Origin: Candidatus Iainarchaeum sp.
GTDB lineage: Archaea; Iainarchaeota; Iainarchaeia; Iainarchaeales; CSSED10-239
Assembly (NCBI GenBank): GCA_003559395.1
Contig: PWLL01000008.1
Coordinates: 1-32,000, forward strand
DNA length: 32,000 nucleotides
Reading direction: 5' to 3'
The position numbers were made by a program, and so were the translations under genes. The notes under the pieces are model-generated. The model saw only the letters and a program-made list of their open reading frames with translations. It had not been told where the DNA came from and ran no database searches. Shown one piece after another: positions 7,523 through 17,900 of the stretch (the stretch's first letter is position 1; every line of letters starts with the position of its first letter).

Positions 7523-7640
7523 CACAAATCAAAATATCCATTCTAAGGGGTCTGACAGACGATTTAAGAAGTGTTGGTATGATATACCAGGCCCCTACTA
7601 TAAAACTGCGATATTACCCCGGTTTTGTGGGCCGGTTTTA

Positions 7641-8447
7641 TCACTTTTTGAATCTGCCGGTGATATTCTTAAATGTTACCCACAACTCCATTATTTTTTC
7701 AATAGAATTCATTAAAACGTCTTTTTTTACTGGTATCGGGATAAAGTTTTCAAGAAGTTTATAGGCAACTCCTGCCATACCGAGTACCAGATTCCGTTTC
7801 GCTTCTCCGCCACCTTCTTCTGGACCTGCTTGTTCTGCTAACTCAACCCATTTCTCTATTTTATCAGACAATTTTCTGACGCCATCTAGTATAGAAGGAA
7901 GAGAAGTGAGGATTTGGGTAATCTGGGTAACCTTAGCTAACATGTTTATGTCCTCCTTGTTTTCTTGTATGGGTTCCGGCGCAAGGTCTAACAGATTGCG
8001 TTCGGTCATAATACTTACCAGTTTTCTTGCATACTCAGGATCGGTTGCATATCCTGCTCTCTGTAGTTCCTCTGCAAACTCCACCGGATCGGATATCTCC
8101 CAGAGTTTACTGTATCTCTTGTTTCTTTTCAAAAACCGTTTATGATCCTCAATACTTTCCTGATAGTTGTTATATTTACGAAATCGTTCATCTTTTACCA
8201 GAACTCTTTCGCCATTTATATATTCGTGGGTATCAATTACCACATACTCGTGCTCAGAACTGTTATGCCATTTGATACCGAAAAGGTTATGACTATACTC
8301 ACCTGTATATTTATCCGTAGGAACATATCGACCCCATCCGGTCTCAAGGGCCGCCTTTGCAATAATCACCGCCGCAGGAATTCCGTGCTCACTTTGGATA
8401 TCAAGAGCAGGTTTTTTCACCCTTTTTATAAAATTGTTAGCGACCAA
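7641..8447 (-). CDS. Endolysin with N-terminal glucosaminidase (FlgJ/LytD-like) domain and an unrecognised roughly 100-aa C-terminal module
   Basis: GIPAAVIIAKAALETGWG...NLFGIK......F.KY.....SIEDH..FL....RY...........A..L..AGYATDP.YA.KL matches the mannosyl-glycoprotein endo-beta-N-acetylglucosaminidase pattern. It is the last gene before the terminator. No LysM, SH3 or other wall-binding repeat is visible. Confidence 0.8.
   Translation of the reverse strand: MVANNFIKRVKKPALDIQSEHGIPAAVIIAKAALETGWGRYVPTDKYTGEYSHNLFGIKWHNSSEHEYVVIDTHEYINGERVLVKDERFRKYNNYQESIEDHKRFLKRNKRYSKLWEISDPVEFAEELQRAGYATDPEYARKLVSIMTERNLLDLAPEPIQENKEDINMLAKVTQITQILTSLPSILDGVRKLSDKIEKWVELAEQAGPEEGGGEAKRNLVLGMAGVAYKLLENFIPIPVKKDVLMNSIEKIMELWVTFKNITGRFKK
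7941..7958 (-). promoter_or_regulatory. Strong internal in-frame SD plus ATG at the domain boundary of the endolysin gene
   Basis: The minus strand reads AAGGAGG (7952-7958), ACATAAAC, then ATG (7941-7943). The ATG is codon 169 of the endolysin frame, so a 100-aa C-terminal product (7641..7943) could be made independently. Confidence 0.4.
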
Positions 8448-8462
8448 TAAACAAACCCTCCT

Positions 8463-8879
8463 TTAACGCAGATTACTAATTACCAATTGTATGATCCCCA
8501 GAACAACCATGCACGCCGACAATCCTATTCCCAACCATTTAGCGAGTTCTTTTTTGATTTCTTTTTCCATTTCGTTCATGTTTTTTATTGTATTGGCCTC
8601 TCTTTCCATCATAGTTGTATATATTTCTTTGAAACCTTTCTCCACCTTTTCCTTCAATCGATCATGAGCCGCCCAGGTAGAAAGTTTTTCTTTTTGTAGC
8701 GCCGACTTATGTAGCCCCGCTTTTATTTCTTTAATATCCGTTCTCATTTCTGCAATTATCTCGTCCAACAATTCGCGTCTTGTTTCGTCTTTTGCTCTCC
8801 ATTCTGAAATTGTTCTGATTATGCCATCCATTTGTTCTACAGTATTTTTTAGTTTGTTGTGTTCTGGACAGCGCTCCAA
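8463..8879 (-). CDS. Tail-anchored coiled-coil membrane protein; holin or lysis-accessory candidate by position
   Basis: TTG start with GGGGAGGG about 7 nt upstream. About 110 aa of charged helical sequence is followed by a single C-terminal TM (WLGIGLSACMVVLGIIQLVISNL). It lies immediately upstream of the endolysin. Confidence 0.5.
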   Translation of the reverse strand: MERCPEHNKLKNTVEQMDGIIRTISEWRAKDETRRELLDEIIAEMRTDIKEIKAGLHKSALQKEKLSTWAAHDRLKEKVEKGFKEIYTTMMEREANTIKNMNEMEKEIKKELAKWLGIGLSACMVVLGIIQLVISNLR

Positions 8880-8901
8880 TCATAACCCTCCCCAAGCATA
8901 A

Positions 8902-8948
8902 ACACTCCTGGGCTCCGGTTGGATCTGGTTATCGGAGCCCAGGAGTGT
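8902..8948 (-). promoter_or_regulatory. Perfect 16-bp inverted repeat (hairpin) between the giant gene and the lysis cassette
   Basis: ACACTCCTGGGCTCCG (8902-8917) and CGGAGCCCAGGAGTGT (8933-8948) are exact reverse complements around a 15-nt loop. The structure begins 3 nt after the stop codon (8951-8953). Only UUU follows on the minus-strand RNA, so it is not a classical terminator. Confidence 0.7.
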
Positions 8949-8950
8949 CT

Positions 8951-11900
8951 CTATTCTGCAAAAAGCATCAATGCTCTTTGCACCGATTCATCAGTAACGT
9001 AAGGTCGAGCCTCGCCGCTTCTTTGCGCTCCGGTAGCATCTACTCCGAGTTGTATCAGTATATTAGCATAGTGTTCCGCTTCTTCCCGGTCGCCGCGATC
9101 TACCGCGTTCCACAGATTCCCGTAATATTCAGTACGCAGTTTAGATACCGCCTGTTTTTCCTGTTCGGCAGGATCCAGGCCATTAAGTACAGCAGCTTCA
9201 TCTAACTGTTGTTTGAGACGTAACAGCTGACTGCCTGGTGCTATCTGCTGGTATGTTCTCTGCCACCAGCTCGGGTCTACCCTGGCGCGCCAGAGGTCCT
9301 CATATCCCTTCTGGGCCTGCCACCAACCCATCCCACGACGCATAGGCATTGTAAAAGCAAAGTTATTACCACGCAGGGAGAAGGGTACGAACTTCTCGTA
9401 GACCGCCCTTACTCTTTCGTCCATCTCCTGGTAGAAAGGCATATCTCCTTCTCGCCAGGGCATAGGCCAACCGCCCGGTCCGGCTTGAGTTCCGGTCGTT
9501 TGTTCTAAGGCAGTTCTTACTACCGGACTAAACTTTGAACCAAACAGGTATGTTATAGGATCATCGAAATACCGTAGTATCTCTCTGGCCTGTTTACCTG
9601 GAGCTGCGTAGTACCTTCGTTCATCATCGGGATCGTAAGTACCAATAATCTTTCGCGCAGCATGGATTATTGGTGTAACGTCTATATCTGTTCTTCTTCC
9701 AGGTTCATTCTCCCAGGCCCAGCGTCCGGTTAGTGCTCTGTTGGCGATATTAATTGCTGCTAACATACTGATCAACATTGATATCCAGTATCGGGCACCA
9801 AATTTGCGCACAACAGGGTCCTTGTTCTTTTTAAATGGAAGGTTCTCATATAGCGTTCTACCGAAGATCCGCATATTAGTATAGGTATAATCAGGAGATA
9901 GCCACAATAATTTCATTGCCTGTCTTACTCGCGGGGTAGCCCAGAAATGAGATTCCCATTCCTGACCGCCGAAAGCATCGTTTACCATCCTTGCCACTTC
10001 TTCTTTTATCTCTCGTATTTTCTGTGGCGAAGCATCTTTAGCGTTCACTTTCTGATCAGAAAGTGCTTCTTTAGCCCATTCGTAATAGGTGATAGCTTTA
10101 AGACCAGCATAATATTCATTCCACAGCTTTCTATCATACCACTCATTAGCCTGCCGCATTTTACGCACCAGACTTCCGGCACCAGGAATTTTTCTGGTGT
10201 GAGCTTCTAATTTTCGCAGGTCCTGGTTTATGCGGCGCATATGAGCATCAGGTATGGGATCGAATACTACACCGTGCATTATAGCATCCCTGAGTGCTTC
10301 CGGGGATCCACTTATCAGGTCTAATCCCAGTTGATGGGTCCTGCGAATAACAGCAGACTCATCAACTTCTTTAACCTCTTCTCCTACTGTAAAGAATCCG
10401 CGTAGGGGTTGAGTTATTTTTGCCAATGCGGCCTGCGCACTCTCGGTAAGATTCCAGAAGTGAAAACCGCTCAACTTTAAAGACAGACCTTTTGCATACG
10501 CGTTGAAAGCCTCTATAATCTGTAGCGGTTTCCAATGGAAAGGCTGTTCAAAGACCTGTTTGGTAATTTTATATGCCTCCGGGTCAACCGCAGCCTTACC
10601 TTCCCATAGTATTGTAGTGCCGTCTCTGGCCTGTCTCGCGTAGTATTTATTTATAGCCGGATGATCAACAAGCGGCCAGTGTGGAGGAGCCTGATTACTC
10701 TTTTGAATTATCGGTTCGCCTTCATCATTAGCGATTTTAGTTAATTCGTGGACGAAGGCCCTGTTAAGCGCACCCTTCCAGTTCAGTTCGTGCCAGAGAT
10801 AGTGCAGTTCTGCTATGTTCTGGGTGCGCGGAACCAAACCTGCCTCCACAGCATCTTCCAGTGTAGGGATGGTTCTCTGCATAGCACTCGGAACGCGTTT
10901 AGTCCATCTGTAAGCAAACTCTTTAATTCGCTTAGGTTTGTTCTCATAAAAGTGCAGCAGATAATCTTCAAGGTATGTTACATACTCTTCATCACCAACA
11001 ACCTCACGCATAAAACGGTTCAGGTCCTGTCTTGCTTTTTCCTGAAAGTACCTATACTCCGCTAATGCCTGCCGCATTTCAGGGGTAAGTTCTTCTTGTA
11101 TTTCTTCAGCGGTTTTGCCAGTCCTGATATTTTTAACTTCTTCAACGGCAGCACCCATATCCTCAAGCTGTTCTTCGGTAAACCGTGCTGACCAATCTAT
11201 CTTCCTATAGCCAGCCTCGATCTGCCGTAACCTGAACAACCTAGACCAAGATTTAATGATCGTTTTTACATTATCCTTATAATCATCAGTTAGATACTCG
11301 CTGGGGAGCAAACGCTCAACTTCCTCAATAGGCCGTATCGCAGAAACATCTATCTTCCTTTTCATTTCATGCCGTTTCTGAATGATGTCCTGTATCTTCT
11401 GATGTAAGTCAGGGTTCTGCCTGATCTGCATGTCGAGGCCCTGCGCTACATCTGGTGCTAAATTGCGAGCCATTTCAGTGTTGAGGAGATACATTGTATA
11501 GAAGTCGGCCATTAATTCGGTATGTTTGTTCCGGTATCTGTCCAGTTCGCCCTCTTCCGGCGGTCTTACCTGTTTAGCAACCGCCTTTAACTGTTCCCTT
11601 AACTCCATCTCTCCAACTTCAAGATCCGGGAACCGTTCTTTAATGCTGGAAGGATATTGGTTGTTATTTATCCTGTAATCAATTACATGAGCTACTTCAT
11701 GGCCGAGAGTTTCAAGGTTAGTAACATCTCTGGTCTCAATACGCTCGTCACCACCAATATCAGTGAACCGTGCAGCTGCCTTAGTCCGAAGTCCAGTGTA
11801 CCTCGCTGGAGCCGCAAGTTCTGCGGCCAAAGAAAAGACCTCGACCATGAATTCATCAGGTACGGGGTCAATGTCCAGCCGTTCTTCTATGCGGTACATC

Positions 11901-14900
11901 TCTTCTATCGGCTCGGAATCGGGTGGAAGCATCTTAACTATATTCAAATTATGTTTGGTTAAGTCTTGAAGTGTCGGGAGTGCTCTTTCTCCTACCGGAA
12001 CGAAGTATCTAGTATTGTACTGGATAATTTCACTGATTAACCCTGCGTCAAGAAGTTGCTGGCGGTTAGTTGTGAGATCCGGTCCAGCATCCTTCTTGAG
12101 TTCTATACGATAATCACCGGAGACAGTGCTTCTTTGTAATATCCAACTATTATCAAGCATAGCTTTCCAATTCTTATCAACAATTCTACTTGGTACTGTG
12201 CTAATATCGATCTCCTCTAAATCACGACTAGCACCGAGACGTTCAAGGACATTATCGATCTCTTTCTCACTTATAACTCTGCCGAGGATGGTTTCTCCCT
12301 CTTCGGTGAGAGCACGTTTAACTTCGATCTTGCTTGTAGGTAGTTTATCCCAGATATCAAGCAGGGCTCCGGTTATCATGTGAACTGTCTCTTCTTCATA
12401 CTCTGGTAGTTCAGCAACCTGTTCATCCCAAAGCTGACGCGCAACATCTTCTGCTGTCATATCAGGATCTGCTGGTTCTTTAATGGTGTTTTCATCTTCG
12501 TAGCGGGGGGAGAGGCCGGCTCTATCAATCCCCTTATTTATTGCCTCTTTTGTTTTCTCGATACCCAGACGCCTAACAGTATTCCTGGCATCTTCTATTG
12601 CTCGTAGTTCGTTGCTGCCATCTCCCAACTTAGCCCCTGATTTTCCTTCGGTAACTATATACGCCATCTGACCGGAACGGCCTGGATGAACGAAGGCGTC
12701 TATATCCTCAAATCCTTCAATCTCTACCTCTTTGCCATCCACGGCGACAAACTCTTTTCCATCATGTACGAAGTATACATCTTCTTCTACCGTTATTATC
12801 TCCCAGGTGCTCTCGCGAAACTGGTCTTTTTCAAGAGGTCTCCCTCGTCCGGGCCTCTGGTCGATTAAGCGTACCATCTCAACCACTTCACCAGACTTCT
12901 TGGTACGGGTGCCTGCTTCTACCGCAAGAACAATGTTTTTAGATCGTTGGTTTTGGAAGTAACCTATATGTCGTTCAAGAAAGGCGGGGCCTCCGTCTCG
13001 GAAGTCTGCACGAGTATGGTCGAATGTTATGGGATATACCTTATTCTTGACATTGAGCTTAATGTACCGAGTATCAGCAGCATCGTCTCTCTCTACTACG
13101 GATCGATCTTCGACAGCCTCGGTAATATCTGCGTGTAGGTTTTCAGTGCCCTTGTCTACTTCTCCGGCCTCTTCTGCTCGCCCATAGACCTCATTATGTT
13201 CTACCTCGAAGGCTTCAAAGACCTGGTTCTGTAAGTGTGGCTCTAACCCTAATATTCTGTTAAGGAATTTCTTGGTATCTCTCAGCTCATCAGTATCTTT
13301 AAGGTTGCCTTCATCTGTAAGAATGTCGTCTTTTATGCCCATTCTTTCTGATATAGTAGATAACCCTTCGTCAATAAACTCATACTCATCATTGGAAAGG
13401 TTAATATACATTTGCATCAGAGCATCTCTCGCAAAAGGACTGCTCAGATCGTCCTCATTATGGAACAATCCAGAACTCTCAGCCCCACGCTCCCCGCGCG
13501 ATAGTGCCCCAAACTCATTAAGACGTTGAGCAACGGTTGAGAGGAACCGTTTTTCACCTTTGAGGTTAGTAGTAACCAAAATGTATTCCGGAGGTTGTTT
13601 TTGGAATGAACGGTGAGTCCGTCCAAACCCCTGGAATACCTCTTTAACGTCCCAGCTTGGCTCTAAGAGATAATGTCTTCTTAATCTTTGGTTCTTGAAA
13701 TTTAAACCCGCATGATAGTCAACACCGGTATTGCCGATCTTGCTGAACAGCAGTATATGCTTTTCGTCGTCAAGAAAACGCCTAACCTCTTCCTGGACAT
13801 ACCCTGTTCCTCTGGTGTCTATATATTTGTTACCTTCCTCATCCTCCAAGACGCGTTCTTTGCGTCCTGTTATTTCAGAGACTCTATCTTTACCAAAAGA
13901 GTCTACCAACATATCAATCGGTGACTTAGGAAGCCTTACACCGCCCAGGTGAGCAAGCAATTCGTTCTTTAAGCGTACTGCTTCAGGGTCTTTCACCGTA
14001 TTGCCTTCGCTATCACGAACGGGTGTCCATACCGTTCTTGTCTTTCCGTCCTCTGTGGTAATTTTTACGGGTTCGTATTTCGTTGTCGGAAAGGCGCGTT
14101 CTACATAATCCATAATCATACTGGTTGGAGATACGTTAAAGTCCTGCAAAGACATATCAGGATCAGTACGGATACGCTGTAACTCTCTGCCCATAGAGGC
14201 TTCTCCTGTTTTATCTACCTGGATAACCGGAGCGTAACCCTGTTCTAAATCTTTCTCAATGCTCTCTATGAGAGTTGGCATTTTCATGGCTGTAAGCAGA
14301 TCGCTCCAAAATCGCTGGTAAGTACCGTAAAACTGTGATTTTGCGGCCCTTTTTGCCTGGGGTGATTCCCCCGCCCCTGTTGATTCCATAGCCGCGGACA
14401 TGTTTTGAAAGAGGATCTGCCACGCTTCAGCAGCCACGTTATACTGCTGTATTTGTTCTTCTGTCAGCCGGTGTTCTGTGTGGTCATATTCAATTCCTTC
14501 GTAGCTGATCTGTCGAGAAAGGTAAGCACCTTTTTGTTTGGAGTCGCGGGCAATAAGCTCCATACCGCCTAACCCGCTTGCGGATATCTGTTCAACGAAA
14601 TCCTCCATGCTGGCAAAAGGTGTTCCCTCGCCCCACAGGCCAAGGCGTTCAGCATAGGCAAGCGTTTCTGGGTCGTCAAATGCTGTAGCTGACGAATACT
14701 CTATTCGTGCTTCCGGGAAGGCCTCTTGTAATCGCAGACCGGCCATGGCCTGTAGGCTAGGTTCTTTCTCAATTCCAGAAGCGTTCTGCATCTTATGTGA
14801 TTCGTCAAAGACAATTACCCCGTCGAAATCATCGTCAAGCCATTCCATAAGCTGTTCTAAACGTGTTTGTTCCCCTTCGGGCACAATCCTTCGTGTTCCA

Positions 14901-17900
14901 TATCCATCACCGGCTGGCTCAACACTATATCCTCCGCGTATCATTGAATATGTTGTATAGAATATGCCATGATCAGGGTCCAGTTCATCGTTTTTGCTAT
15001 AATCATTCTGGGCATAAAGTATATCTTCTGACATATGTTCAGGATCGTGCTGGCCAACATCGCGTATATCCCTTTTGGCGGCCTCGTGCATATCACCCCA
15101 ACTGGCACTAATCCATACCGCTTTATCTCGACCCTGGCGGAGATTATCCAGTATTATAGCTGCTATAGTACGCCCCTTACCGGTACCTGTGCCATCACCG
15201 ATCATGTGTCCCTGCCTCACCCCAGAGGGGAGCATTTTCTGGTGAGATTGACCGGCATACACCACGGCTTCTAGCTGTGATTCGCTTATATCACCGGATT
15301 CTATTAGTTCTTTTGGCAAGTCTGGAGCATAGGTTATGTCTGGCGGTTCTGAGTCTGCCATAGCAGCCGTTTCCGATATCTGCGCCGGATGTTCCTTTGC
15401 TCCCTCTACCTTCAGTTTGGATGGCTTATACTTGCCTGTAAAAATATTATCGCTTAGTTTTCCTCTTCTCTCGTCCTCTCGCTGCTCGACTCTGAGAGTG
15501 CTATCAGTTCGGTCAGGCTCGTTACCCGATTCGAGCTTATCAGGATCGCCAGGTCCTCTAACAGCCGGATGGCGGCTTCCCTTGGGTTTTGGTCTTGCAT
15601 CATCCTGAGAAGGTCCCGTCGGTTCCCCAGGTCGAGGTGCTTCAACAGGAGGTTCAACCTCTGGGACGGGCTCATCAGGTCTAACATCTGGAACGTCTCG
15701 GACAGGTTCATCTCTCTCATCCCCAGGGCGAACGGCCACGTCGGGCCGGGTCTCAGGTTCATCCCGAGGTGGAGCAGGTTCACCAGGTACAGTTCGGATA
15801 CCGGGTCGCTCTTCGGATGGTAATCTATCAGGTTCTTCTGGTACGCCTGGTTCAGGATCTGGAGGGCTAACTGGTTCTCTGGGATCAGGTTCAACTGATA
15901 TATGTTTGCGATCTTCTTTCACTCCCCTCAACATGGGCACGGCCTGTCGTACATCTTTGACCTGCCCCGTTACTGGTGTTTCTGTAGTTGGACCATCCTT
16001 ATCAATAACGACAAGCTGAACACCAAAAGAAGTTCCGTATTTACGATACTCGCTGCCGTCTATCCCTATATTAGCCCTAACATTGTACCTTTCCTGTATA
16101 TCCTCCCACCATTCTCTGTGCGCGGGTTTATCAAGTGCCATCCCTTCACCCAGGATAGCTACCAACCTGCCATCATCACGAAGGAGTTTAAGAGCTTCCT
16201 CCATATGGCTTCGAACATTACGGGTATCTCTAACGCCCTCTAATCTACCTGCAGTCGACGAAAACGGGGGGTTCATAACCACAAGGGAAGGCGGTTCTAT
16301 TTTATCATGAAGTATTGCGTGTAAGTGCTCTGCATTTTCAGTATACACCGCATCGAATCCCATTTCACGCAATATATTAGCGCGGCGGTCGGATAATTCG
16401 TTGACCATAACCTGCTGGACTTGCATGCCCTTTGGGAAAACAGCCAGCCCGCCGATTCCTGCACTGGGTTCTAATACTATATCCTGCTTCATTATAGAGG
16501 CTGCCCAGTTAGCCAGGTAAGCAATGTTCGGCGGAGTAGAGAACTGCTGGAACTCTACACCCTCACCGGTGCGTTTGGTTTGAGTAGGAATCTTATCTAA
16601 AATATCTTCCTGGATTCGATTCAAGACTTTTACTGCATGGGTATAATCTATATTCCTGTGTGTTGGAAACCTGCCTGGGTGTGAAAGTATATATTTATTA
16701 ATACCTAGCTCCATAGCATCATAAGCGTCTTTAGGGGTATATACTCCTTCGGCCTGTGTTCCCTGGTAAGCGGTATCTGCTATAGCGAAAAGGTCACGCC
16801 AACTAAACGAACGGCCTTTTTCTAGCATATCATGAACACGACCAGCAATATCTGTTTCTGGTAAGCGAGCTTTTGCTTTAGTGGGGTCTGTTGTTGGTTC
16901 ATCGTCAGGCTTAATACGCAAGTCCTCTATAGCTGGCCTGCCGGTAGCTTCTTGTGTGAGTACAAACCGCTGTGCATCTTCGAGTGAACGGTGGTGTCCT
17001 ATAACCTGTAACGGTCTCTTGAAATCATCCCCTGGGGTTTCGGCACGCAACCGGAAAGGTGTATCTGCTATCTTAGTGTCAGTGGTATCTCTATCCCTTA
17101 CATCAACTATACTCCAGGGGGTGCCTGGCAGAGTCCATATTTTGCCACCGAGAACAGGATCAGGAACCTCTGTCCATTCTTCTGTGTCGGCTGGTTCTTC
17201 TGGTTCGAAAGCATCCTTAAAGCGCTCTCTTAATTCTTCTAATTGCCGTTTTTCATCTAAACTAGCCACCCTATCCGCTCTCAGCTTTTCGTCAAGAGCT
17301 TCCATGATCATATCGGCTTGATCAAAAAGCCCCTGGCGAAGAAGTTGCTCGTTCAGTTCTTGCATACTGCCAATATTTAAAAGAGCATCTGTCTCTGGTA
17401 CGTCTGCAAGTTGTGGATCTCTAGTTACATCTACACTCTGCATAATCCTCTCGTGTTCTGCTTCGCTATCTATACGAAGATCCTTAAACCGTTCAAATTC
17501 CTGCGGGGTAATGTGCTTTAAAACCTCTGTGCGGAATTCTTCCGGGTCCTGCATTTCGTACATGGCTGTTCCTTCAAGCAGATCGATTATTACACTGGCA
17601 TCACCATAAAGCCATATAAGTTTTTCGCCGGTCCACTTAATAGCTTCGTAATCATCTTCCAATACCTCTGATAGTACCCAGCGGTTAAGCGGAAGAGATA
17701 CATCCGGTGCATGATCGCCAGTAAGCGGGAATTCCGTCATAACAGGTTTAGGACCGGGAACGATTTCAGATACAGACGCAACAGTGGGTTCCTCTTCTTC
17801 CACCGGAGCTTCTTCTACCATAGTCAACCTGCCAGGACTAACACTTTCAACCCTTTCAACAGGACGACCAGCAACCATCGATATCTGGTCAACATGAACG

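Noticed and set aside
7523-7640. A missing holin or spanin ORF in the 118-nt gap between the endolysin stop and the terminator
   Set aside because: The longest minus-strand ATG-initiated frame there is about 11 codons. Only a trivial 5-bp palindrome (7576-7588) is present.
9790-9830. DPVVRKFGARYW segment as a possible PLxRFG-type signature of giant phage proteins
   Set aside because: It only loosely resembles that motif (an extra residue, V instead of L). I cannot verify the family definition from memory, so it was not used for annotation.
15454-15894. 146-aa minus-strand ORF in an alternative frame, and similar alternative-frame ORFs at 5837..6091, 13444..13626, 19680..19871 and 19729..19911
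   Set aside because: They are embedded within longer motif-bearing ORFs (the ATPase and the giant gene). The 15454..15894 ORF arises from the repetitive Pro/Glu-codon region. None has an SD.
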